In this document: positions 1 through 10,481 of the stretch, piece after piece
Position numbering within the stretch: the first letter of the stretch is position 1
How the letters are laid out: each line of letters starts with the position of its first letter
From: Entomortierella parvispora E1425
Taxonomy: Eukaryota > Fungi > Mortierellomycota
DNA: 64,000 bases
NCBI GenBank assembly: GCA_020891255.1
Contig: BQFW01000002.1
Span: 1,116,001-1,180,000, forward strand
Direction: 5' to 3'
Notes under the pieces: generated by a model
The model's database searches: none
Seen by the model: the letters and a program-made list of their open reading frames with translations, nothing else
What the model was told of the DNA's origin: nothing
Position numbers and translations under genes: made by a program

Positions 1-2829
1 GGACTGAGGTCGAGTGAATGGTGTAGAGGCCATCCGTCGCAATGTACCCCCAAGACTATGGGCAGTGCTTCCAGAATGCACGATCCTGAACTCTGGCAAG
101 TCCGGTAGCTCGTCCATTGTCAGTCGCCCACTCGCCTATGGAAGAGTTGCCCCAAAAACAAGGGTAAACCGGAGCTATTAGTGCGCCATTTCGCGTTTGA
201 GGACAGTGTCTGTGCGTGCTCTCAATCTCCTCTTCAATGAGACAATTGAGATTAGATATTCCCGCCAAAACTTTGAAAAAAAGAGCGGGAAAAAAGGCAG
301 AAAACAATGGCAGAGCCAACGGGAACTTACAACGAGCCCGGCCCAGTCCAGATACATCTTAATGGTCAACTCTAAGTGCTGACCCGAAGCAATTTCGACG
401 CAACCCCATGGATGCTCCTTGCACCGAGTCCCATATTTGACTTGGAGCATCTGGGCATACTCGGCCACCTCTGAGAACTGGACAGTGTTCTTGCCAGGCG
501 CTGCTAAACTTCTAGTCGCAGGACCAGAGTTGGACGACGAAGCCCTAGTAGAGAGCGGTAGAGGAGCTATTTCGGAAGCACTCCTAGGCGAGATTGCCAA
601 TGCACTACCACTGCTGCTTGTGTGTCGATGATGATGAAGGCGCGACTGTTGTTGCAATTGATCACCATCAGAAGGCCGGAAATGGTGTGTAGGGCGGTGG
701 CCAAGATAAGACCTGTGATCGACATGGGATGGATGGCTACTGGCAGATGAATTCGAGGAGGTCGATTCTGGCGGCGAGTCGCGGACTCGAGGGATACTGT
801 CCCGCCTACGGATCGCAAATCCAGCCGAGCTTTCATCCTGCATCAGATCTGGAGAAGGAGACCGTAAATCCCGCGAGCGAGAAGGAGTGTGGTAATGAGG
901 GGGGAGAGCAGACGTGGATCCTGCTTCTCCCGCCCGACCGTGATGGACAGGCTTTTGGTACAAAACGGAACCTGTACCATGGTTATTGCTACCATATGGT
1001 CCGGGTACGTGCTTGACCTAAGAATTGGAGACGTGGTTCATGACACACGTTAGGGCTATCTTATGTTGTTTTGCGACAACAGGCCATTCTACTTACCGCC
1101 GACGCTCTGGCTTGATTGAGCAAAGTTCCTGTGGAGGCTCGACGTTTAAGAGGCTGGTATCTGTTCGGATCCTCGTCCATATCATCAAACTCATCGACGC
1201 CGTGAGGCTGACGCTCCTCCAGATCCTCATCATCCTCTCTAAGATCGTCCTCCTGCAGGTCGTCTTCTTCAGCTTCTTCGCCTTCTACACTTGTAGAAGT
1301 CGGGATACGGCCTATTGCAACATTGAGTGAGTAGCTGATCCAAGTCCAAGCAAGAGCAATACAAGCATAAACTGCAAATAGACAAGAAAATACTTACGTT
1401 TCTTGAATACCGACTCATCGCGCTTTCTCTTTGAGAGAGCGCTCGGCGTCAAACCGTTGAACGAATCCAAATGTGAGCCATGTGAATCGATGACAGAACT
1501 GGATCCATGAGAGAGCGAAGAGTGTCCACGAAAGGAGAGTTCCTGACCGCTGGGTGTCCGCGCGTGATGGGATGGCATTAAGACAGGTGTTGGAGTGCTG
1601 TACGCTTTTTGCGGCACCATCTGATGCTGATGCTGATGTAAACGTTGTTGTGATTGGGCTTGGGAAGCAGAGTGATGGGCGTAGATCTGCTGTTGCTGTT
1701 GTTGTTGTTTGCTGGACTGGGTTCGTTGAGGCTGTTGGTAGGGTGGCCTCTGCTGCGTTGGGGGTTGTTGTTGCTGGTGAGAGTACGACTGCTGCTGAAG
1801 ACTTGGATGCGGTCTCTGAGAGATGGACAAGTTGGCGATTTGGGTGGTGTCGATCGACGAGGACGAGTAGTGATGGCCAGCCCTACCTCCTCCTCCAAGG
1901 CTAGAATACGCACCTCCACTGGGCTGTCGTTGCCGATTTGCCTGGGAGCCATAGGCGTGTCCATGTCCGTCGTCATCTCCATTCTCAGTCATCATTACGG
2001 GATGCAGCGTCAATTCTCTGAGCAGGCCAACCACTTGCTCGTCGTAACGAACATCGTCCCAAGGAAAGCCCAGGTTTTCTTGGTGCTTCTTGAGCCCGTT
2101 CACATACCAGTGCAGGTTGCTTGACTTGATTCTCTTGGACTGATGGTGGAGATACTTGAGGATGGCTTCCTTCGAGATCGGGTACAGGGTTCCATCCGGG
2201 TTCAAGAGATTAAGCTCTTCTGCGATTTTTGAATAAGTTCTCCAAGCAGTGGCGTACGGATCCTTCTTCTTTGGCATCACGACTGCCCCTACCCCTGCTC
2301 CTCCTACGACACCGCCTGTGGATCCGGCCTCAAAAACCATGCCACCCATCCTGTTTGAACTTGCGACCATGGCAATATTGCCTGCGGATGCGCTGTGATG
2401 AAGTCGAGGCTGAAGAGTGGGAGCAATCGGTGGTCGTTGCTGTTGACTTTGAGATTGCTGATAGATTTGTGATGAGGACTGAGAGTAAGCCATGCCATGC
2501 TGTGGCATCAACTGGTGCATACTAGGTTCCTGATAATGGAAAGACTGCGACTGCCTTGACGAGTGATTTGTTGGAGGAAGGCTGCCCGCCGCCATGAGAC
2601 CGGTCGAGTCAGGTGGTGGTGCAGATGATTGCTGCTGTTGATCCTGTTGCTGCTGGTGCTGGTGCTGATGCTGTTGTTGTTGGTGGTGTTGCTGAAGTTG
2701 TTGCTGTTGAGCAGCCGAGACCCTGAATTGTACGTTGCGATGACTGGATTGACCTTGACCCGACTGACTGCCGGATTGGGCGGATCCAGCAGTTGTAATG
2801 TCCTGCATCCCGGAGTTTGAGTTGCTCAT
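1..2829 (-). CDS. Q-rich hypothetical protein with tyrosine-recombinase N-terminal (SAM-like/core-binding)-like domain and C-terminal C-x2-H-x3-C-x7-H motif; runs off the window at position 1
   Basis: Track ORFs 1312..2871 and 178..963 join in frame through GT-AG introns: exons 2829-1398, 1311-1097, 1017-331, 135-<1 (phases 1,0,0 checked). Segment DPYATAWRTY...YPISKEAILKYL...KSSNLHWYVNGLKKHQENLGFPWDD resembles integrase SAM-like domains by eye. Confidence 0.75.
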
Positions 2830-4390
2830 CTTGAGGTGGTCTTGTTGGTTGCACTCCGGTTGTCCTTTCAAGAATACAAACAGATATCTTATGTTCCTCG
2901 GCTATCGCTCCGTCGGATATTGCTGTGGTGGTCGATCAAGTAGGTAACTTGAAGTAACAGCAAGAAAAGAAAAGAGAGAAAAAAAAGAGAAGAAAAGAAA
3001 CATACCATTATATAAATACTCGAACGGTTCATATCAAGTTGGTTTCAGTGTGAACGCACGCACACTCACTCCAGGGCGACTAAAGAGTAAGCACCATGGT
3101 AAAAGTAGACGGAAGAGCAAGTCAACGAGGGAGGAAAGGAAGGAGGTAAGGAGATAGGGAAAGAGGGCATGTCAGAGTCTTTCGGTGATGATTCTCCCCC
3201 AGGGTGCTGTTGTGCATGGTCCTCATGCACACCAGATTGCCCAGGGTGTTGATTTTGTTTTCAAAAAGGTGGTTTTTATATTCAAAGGAGAACAGCGGTG
3301 TGTGCATGCATCCGGAGAGGAGGAAGAAAAAAAATACTAGTGGTGTAGGTTCTCAGTCACTGAGGTGTCGAGGGGGGAGGACAGGATGCAGTCTTGATAG
3401 TGAGATTTTTTTTCTGGGAACTGAAAGTAGACCTTTGTTGTGCATTGATAGGCGTCGCGCTGGAAAAAATGTAGAGAGAGTGGTCGCAACAAAGAGGGAA
3501 AGGAAGGGGTGCAGCGACGGGGGTGAAAACACAACAGAGAAAGAGAGAGAGAGAGAGGGCAGGGAACAAACACAATTGAGTAACCTGTCCGATGAGCGTA
3601 ATGGGAGAAAAAAAGAGGGGTAAGGAAAAAAAAATGAACGATATTCGTCTCGTCGCCCGCACAGGAGTGAGCAAGAAGCAGGAGAGGGGGAAGGGAGTAC
3701 AGTCGATATCTCATTGCCACACTCAATTACAACCAATTCCAGCATTAAAAGTATCAATTAGATAAAGTGCGGCGCAACAGTTCTCGCCCCCCAAGCGTAC
3801 AGAAAAGACCAATGATATGAAGATAGAATGAAACAGGTACCGCGGGTGATAACAAAATGAACTAGGGATCAGCAGCATGGAAAATAGCGATTGGATGATT
3901 GGTGCGTGGTTGAGAATGGGAGACGTGCAGATGGAATGCAGAAAAGACAATCGGCTTCTACGTGCATGGGATGCATCAGACATCATTCCATTCGACTAAT
4001 GCAGCCAAACTAGTTCAAGCAGCTTCCTCAGTCCGGAACGCGACCTGGGCATGAGAGTGAAAAGCGCGTCCAGACGCGTCATAGGTTCAAGCTGAGCCCG
4101 CCACCGCGCAATATTCCTACCTCTTCGAGTCCTAGTTTTGGTAACTACGGAGCAGTTGGCAGTGAGCCGGAGGAAGCAAGTGAAAAGACGAAAGAAAGGA
4201 AGAGAGGGGCAAGATATTATGGAAGGAATCGATCAAGGTGGGCAAGATGAAGGAAGGGGAGAAGGAAGGGGGAGAAGGCCAGCGTAATATAACATCTCTG
4301 GCAAAGGGGAGAGAAAAAAATAAATAAATCCTTCTGCGTGGGGAGACACAGCCCCTATTTGATTCCCTATCGCCAGTTTTCTCCCTGTTT

Positions 4391-7300
4391 GTCCTACCAG
4401 CCGCCCCTCTCTGCGTCCAGGTTTACGAAAGTTTGTCCAGCGAAGGTCCGTGGGTTATAATAAAATGCCTTAATGTCAAGATTATAGGGTTGTTTTCTTG
4501 GAGCAGTCTCTTGCCGATGACGAATAACCAGGAGCGAGAGGATGATGTCCAGGTGCGGGCAACAACTGTGCCGAAGCTGATGTACAGCTAAACTTCCCGA
4601 AATGCATAAAGACGTGAGAATAAATTAGTTGAAAATACAAAGGTTTGTGCTTTTGTCTCGGATTTTTGTTGCACTTACCGATGCTGTAAAGAAGGTTGTG
4701 CTCATTCCACATGAGCCTCACTCGCGCGAGTGAACTTTGGCGAGCGCTTTGTCGAAAGGCGCTGGCCATGTCTGTGTTTGTAGTTGAGTACCCAGACATC
4801 TGGCGAGATTTTCGCCGGCGTTATGGTCTCTGTCGATGTCCCAACTGCAGTTTTCACAAAGGATGGATCTGCCTTTCTGAACTGCCCGGAAGCGACATCG
4901 GCTGCAGAACTGACTGGATCGAAACTCCGGGAGCTTCACCGCTGGGATGCCATTGGCATTCGCCTATAATGTATAAGAGAACCAGATGTTAGATATAACA
5001 CCCCTTACTCGCTTTGAAAATCGACTCCAGCAACACTTACTGTCCGCGCTAGTTCGTCCAAGGTTTTTTCCTTTCGGCCGCCAAAGTCCCCGTCACCTAT
5101 TCCAAGAACGGCTGGCGTCTCTCGATACTCCTGAACTTCAGTCGGTGGAATATTCGGGTGGGGAATATGCGCCATCTTGATAGCCGCTGCACAGACCAGG
5201 CTTCTGTCGCTTCGAATCGCCGTCCTCATATCATAAAGATCCTTCTTGAAACTGATTGATCCGTAAAAGGTCCTTAGCTTCTCAAATGCAGCGAGGCGAG
5301 GTCTGAGCCAGTCTAAGTGGTTACTATAGAGTGCGCTGGCAGCTGCCCTCCAATCGCAAACCGTTGTCCCGTTTTCCTGTGTGACCTTCACTTGTACGGG
5401 AGCGACATCTGCAATCAATGTGTTCTCCAGTTTGTCGATCCCATGGGTCTTTTTCTTTGTGTTTAGACATCCCATGTATCGCTTTTGAATGTCTTTAGCC
5501 ACGGTGTCGGTGATATCGAGGGTCTGTGAAAAGTCAGGGTACTTGGTGTGTACTGCGACCACGCTTGCAGGTTTCGCCCGGCCTGGATCTACCCCGATCC
5601 CGATAAAATGCGGGCCACCCAAAGACTGAACACGCTGCGCTGTTGAAAAGAGGTCCTGGACATACGGTAGGGCTTTCGCATGTACTGCTGCAGTCTTTAC
5701 GCCTGCGAGGTTTCGCTGTGCCACCTGTCCCTGCCCTGGATTTCCATGTCCAACACTGGGACCCTCATTAGGATTTTCAGTCTCACTTCCAGGCAGGCTC
5801 TCCTCCAGCACAGGATCAGGAGACGTCCAAAGCTCTGAGTCGTATATATCCAAGGACGAAGGTAAAGCGGAGGATGCAGCAAAAGGTAGAGCGGAAGGCA
5901 GAGCAAGAAAACCTTCCTCTGGAGCTACGGCAGGGATATTGTGCTGATAACCACTGCCGGTAGGACTGGGGTTGCTCTTCGTATTCTTCTTTGGGCGTAA
6001 TGTGGTCAAATCAAAAGCCAACACATGGAGGTTATGACCGTCCGTCTTGATGACACCCGTCGGAACATAGTGTCTTCGAGGTGTGTTCTCGGCGCTACTG
6101 CTCGACCCCGAATGCAGACCATGTAGAGTCACGTCTCGCAGTTGTCGTTGTTGTGTGGCTGACATGTTGCTTAAAATGTCCTTCAGCCGTTGTAATTCAA
6201 CCTCCATCGACTTGAGGGCGTTCGAGATTGATCCACTAGTCGTATGTATGTTCGCGATAGTGGGGGGAGGGTTACCAGGAAGCTGTGACCATTGCCCCTG
6301 AAACACCGAGATGCGTTGGAGTAAGTCTTGAGAATCTGCCAGCCCTGGGTCCTGTTTTTTAGCCAAACTGGAGCATTCCTTCAGGAGAGCGCAGAGTGTT
6401 TTGTCGATTGATGTGTATTCATCCAGGTGCTCCAGCTCTGTTTGAATTCTCAGGCGCAAATCAGGGATGAACAAAGCGCGCTCACTGTTCATGGCCGGGT
6501 TCATGAGAGCAGTGCCACGTCTGTACGAGGTATTTTTCGACATGAAAAAGTTGAAAAATAGCTCCCCTCTGTGGGCGATTGCTCGCTGTTCGGCGGCCAC
6601 GACCGTTCCAGTGAAGATTGCACCTAGTGCACTCTTTGTAGTTGGTGTAGGTTTGAGGTGTCGGCATGCATCAACGAACTCCCTTTCGGTTAGGTCCAGG
6701 TCCCGGTCTTTGAAGGCGATTACGGGGAATAGCGCTACTTGACTGTCGGGTCGCAGTAACGCGTTCAGGAGCAAGTGAACGGATACGGGATCGTGCAGCT
6801 TTGACCGACCAGTGCCTTCAATCGAATCCAGAAAAAGTCGTCCTTGCTCGGACTTTGAGAATTGTATCTGCTGGACAAGAACCTAGCGAACAGGACAGAG
6901 ACAAGAGTGAGCGACGAGCAAAGAGATAAAGACCATAAAACATCGCACTATGAATGTCAAGCACTTACTCGCTGCTTAAGTTCGCCGACGTTTCTCAGAA
7001 CAAGGCTGCAGATTAAGTCGTGCGCGCTGCGTGCGCAAGATTCCAAGAACTTGGCGCCGACCGCCTTCTCTGGTCTCTTTGTAAAGGGGTCGAATGGGAG
7101 CCCGGCGGCCTGCTGGTTGCTATGCTTCTTTTTGAACTCCAGTACCACCGTAAACGCAAGCCGCTGTGTGCCTTCGCACTTGAGCTGAGTGAGGGTAGCG
7201 TCTGTAAGATCGTTCCATCTCCAAAGGGCTCGTACAACATGATATACGAAGATTTGACTTGTGTAGACTGGACCAAGTGCATCTTTTCTTTTCTTGACGT

Positions 7301-10300
7301 CGTCTTCGTTAAGTGTGGGGTGAGACTTGAAAATAGACAGCGCATAGTCTTGCAATACCGCGATCGCCGACCAAATTGCGTCAGAGTTTGCTTTGACCAG
7401 GTCCATCATCATTGTCCGCATGGATCGGTACGTATCCTGTACTTCCAATAGTGTCGATCCCTTCATCTGGCTTTCAAGCCCTTTGTAAAGTGTGGAGCAC
7501 AGAGTACCCGGCTGGAGTGCCACCTGGGAAAACGTTGTTTCCAGAGTAGCTTTAATGTGCGTGGTATCGTGCTCCCTCCTTGTCGCAGTGACTGAGCCAG
7601 CCGAAGACGTCAAGTCGCCCATCTGTTTGTTTACAGCATGTCGCGCCTTTCTGCTTGAACGGTTGTAAATGGGCTTGGAGGTAGCCGCCTTTTTTTCGTT
7701 CGTCTTTTTCTTCTTCTTTTGGCTTGCCTCCTGCGAAAGGGAACGCTTCTGACTGGTCGAGGCAGTAGGAATCGAAGATGAACCTGCTGGGTTGTCACCT
7801 TCCAAGTTCTGGTTGACTAGATCCGTCGCAAGTGGTGCAGATCCAGTTTGGTTGTCAGAGTTGCTGGTGTGGGTTGCGTTCGGAGCGACGGGATGGACTT
7901 TTGGAGGGCCTATGGACTGATCGTATAGCCCCACGGGTCCCTCATTCCTAGACCAGCCAGGGGGAAGACTCTCCGACCAAGCTGTGCGATCATGATGCCG
8001 AATCTTTGAAAGATAGTCTGGCCGCTTTCTATCCCTCATGAATCGCAGAAAGCTATTCATAAAGTACAGTAGTGTTTAGAAAGGGATCTTCGGCATGGTA
8101 TGCTTTCTCTCTGCATAGCAATATGATACCATACCCTTGCTTAGCCTCTGTCTGACTTGAGCTTCCTCCTTCCGGGACCACAGGCAATGATGAGGCGCTT
8201 GACCTGATGAAGGACGGATTGATGACATTCGTTCAGAAAAGAAAAGAAAAGAAAAGAAAAAAAAAGAAAAAAAAAAAAGAGTGACAATTTGAGATATCTT
8301 ACCTTGCGGTTGGTTTGGTCCGCTTGTTCCTGTTTGAGAAATCATAGGGGAGACAACAAAGTCAGTACTGCTGTCCTTGAGTGCCTTCCAATAGGACAAA
8401 TGCTTGACACTTACCCATGTCGAAGCTTGGAGACTTCATTCACGATATGCAGCATCAAGTGGTCAACGAGCTTTGCTGCATTATCCTCTAAGATGATGCC
8501 GGTGTCTGTATCCTCCTTATTACGGATGAAAATATCCACGCTGTTCTCAAAGACAGCCTGATCGATCGAATTCTGAGAGCAGAACTTCTTGAGGTAGTCG
8601 AGTGCCTTTGGCTTGTCCGGCATTTCGTCCATGTCGCGGATGGTCTCCACAATCTTGGTAAGGCTTAGGCCGGGGACCTTTCGATCGTAATCATTCTCTG
8701 CCAGAACTGCCACAGCTTGCCACTGTTCATAAGACAGCTCAAGACTCCCGAGAATGGCCCCGATATCATATTTGTAATACCGGCCGCCTTGAGGACTCTT
8801 GCGCAATACGTATGAAGCTCCGTGGAAAACATTGTCGCTATCAGCCGACGCGACCACCGTGTCCTCCTGCTCTTCTTCAGCATGCCTACTGATGCAAACA
8901 TCGGCCTCCCCTGGGCAGACGTGCACCTTCCATCCCTTTGAGCCGAGTTGATTGCCAAGTGTGTCCCAGTCCTTATGAGTCATCGCCTTTGTATTTATCC
9001 ACGCCTTGAGCAGTGGGCCGCGAATCCTCTTCACTAACCGAAGTAGTTGGTTCTTTGTTGGCTTGGCCTTTCCGGCTGCAGTTTTCAGGGACATTTGCGA
9101 TTGCAGATGGGCAAGATGGGACAAAACGGATGATGCCTTGTGGACAAACGCTGCAATCGCTCCGATTCGAGAACGATCTCTTTTCTGGCGGGCGTATGTC
9201 TTTTGGATGGATCTGGCGCCGTCAAAGTGGAGTATTCCTTGGTCTTTAGAAAACTTTTTCGACAGTGTTTTGTCGATCGCCGCCGAGATGTCGATCTCAA
9301 ATAATGCCGAGGGGACTGGAGGGAGCGTAGACTCGGAGCCGATCAGTGATAAAAACTCCGTGTTGCTCTTGATGGCATCAGTCTCAAGAGGAGGGACTTT
9401 GGTCAAAAAAAGAGAAATCTCAACGGGAAGCATGTAGGGCGCCTCGAGGTTGGCCGAGGAGTTCATGTGATTTTTCATTTCCGCAAAGATCTTGTTGCAG
9501 TGGATGCTTCTCGCAAGCGCAAACAAGATAGCAGGAATGTCGATGTGGACTCTCGGGAAAACATCTTTGGGCACAACTTCGGGATACTCCAGGCCTTCGA
9601 TGTTGGCCAAATACGGCCAGGTGCTGGCCACGCCCATCTATCACACCAAAGACGATTACACAGCTTTAGTTAGATGGATATGTACTACGCTGTCTACAGT
9701 TCACTCTCCTGATGGATCTAAGAGTCCGACTCAAAGAGGACAGCGGAAGTTTGCGCTCTTTTCGCAGTGCATATGCCAAAAGCCTTGTCGCGAAAAGATA
9801 CACTGTTTTTGTCCATAGAGCGTGATCCTTACAGTCGGTGACGGCAAGCTCTGAGTGTCCAAGGGCGGTGATAGATGATGATGAGTGCAGAAAAGTAGTT
9901 GTTTGTAATATTCAGTGAATAAAGCAGGGATGGTGAGAAAGGAAAGGTGCGGGGATGGTGAGAAAGGCAGGGAGCAAGAAAGGACGAGTGGATGATCGAT
10001 AGCTGATGGTTCAGGCCATCAGATTTCCCAAAAAAACCTAGGATAATTTTTATTACTGATGCCCCTCGCAGTTGCACCCTACAAACACAATAACACTAAT
10101 ATATTATACATAATGAACTCCATAAAACGAAATTATTCATTTCGAGAAGTTCGTCTGTAGAATTGGTGGCGATAGGCCTCATAGATCTATCAATAATTGC
10201 ATTTTGCCACCAATTCAAAGTACCAATCTTCCCCCCCCCCTGCTTTCAACCCATCCTTGCCGTGTGCTGGGCAGTGTGCTGGGCAGTTCAACAACTGACA

Positions 10301-10332
10301 AGAAGGGCCAGGGGGGGCAACTGAAGGTTGGT
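4391..10332 (-). mobile_element. Probable older transposon carrying FEN-Fanzor copy 1; ends only tentatively placed
   Basis: Cargo gene is homologous to that of the bounded element at 12543-18457. Degenerate TIR-like motifs GTCCTACCAGCCGCCCC (4391-4407) and GGGGGGCAACTGAAGG (~10312-10327) resemble that element's CCTTATGCCGCCC ends. No convincing TSD found. Confidence 0.35.
4718..9637 (-). CDS. FEN1/XPG-like 5'-nuclease fused to Fanzor (TnpB-like RuvC + Zn finger), copy 1, 1496 aa
   Basis: Six exons 9637-8415, 8329-8303, 8203-8135, 8052-6969, 6882-5041, 4963-4718 total 4491 nt in one open frame, all GT-AG. FEN motifs: MGV, HID, FDG-x5-K-x6-R, GEAD, ADSD, NDY. Fanzor motifs: IKTDG, GIGVDPG (RuvC-I D), GIGDGDF, LPEFRSSQ (RuvC-II E), CSRC..CENC, DRDHNAGEN (RuvC-III D). 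Confidence 0.9.
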
Positions 10333-10481
10333 CGCTGCATTCTTCGCCAGCAATCCTCAAGCGAAAAAAAGTTTGAGATTAAACAATGTCTTTATGGCAA
10401 AAAGCACTCATTCCTTTCCCTTTCCTCATCGTAATTTATCACCTTCTTCTGATATTCTCCTCTTCACATTTTGGGTAGCCT

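Noticed and set aside
1-2829. Recombinase-like gene as the transposase of the Fanzor elements
   Set aside because: No catalytic recombinase domain; it lies outside the likely element; tyrosine recombinases do not create 10-bp TSDs with TIRs.
3204-3986. ORFs including one with an apparent signal peptide (3337..3726)
   Set aside because: Low-complexity purine/pyrimidine tracts typical of leader or promoter DNA of the downstream minus-strand gene; no splice-consistent model found.
4009-4079. Helitron-like 3' end (CTAG plus CGCGTC-CA-GACGCG hairpin)
   Set aside because: The hairpin is ~55 nt from the CTAG, farther than expected, and no Rep/helicase ORF is present.
4366-10176. 10-bp inverted match CCTATCGCCA (4366-4375) / TGGCGATAGG (10167-10176) as TIRs of copy 1
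   Set aside because: A 10-bp match is plausible by chance over the windows searched; it does not extend and has no flanking TSD.
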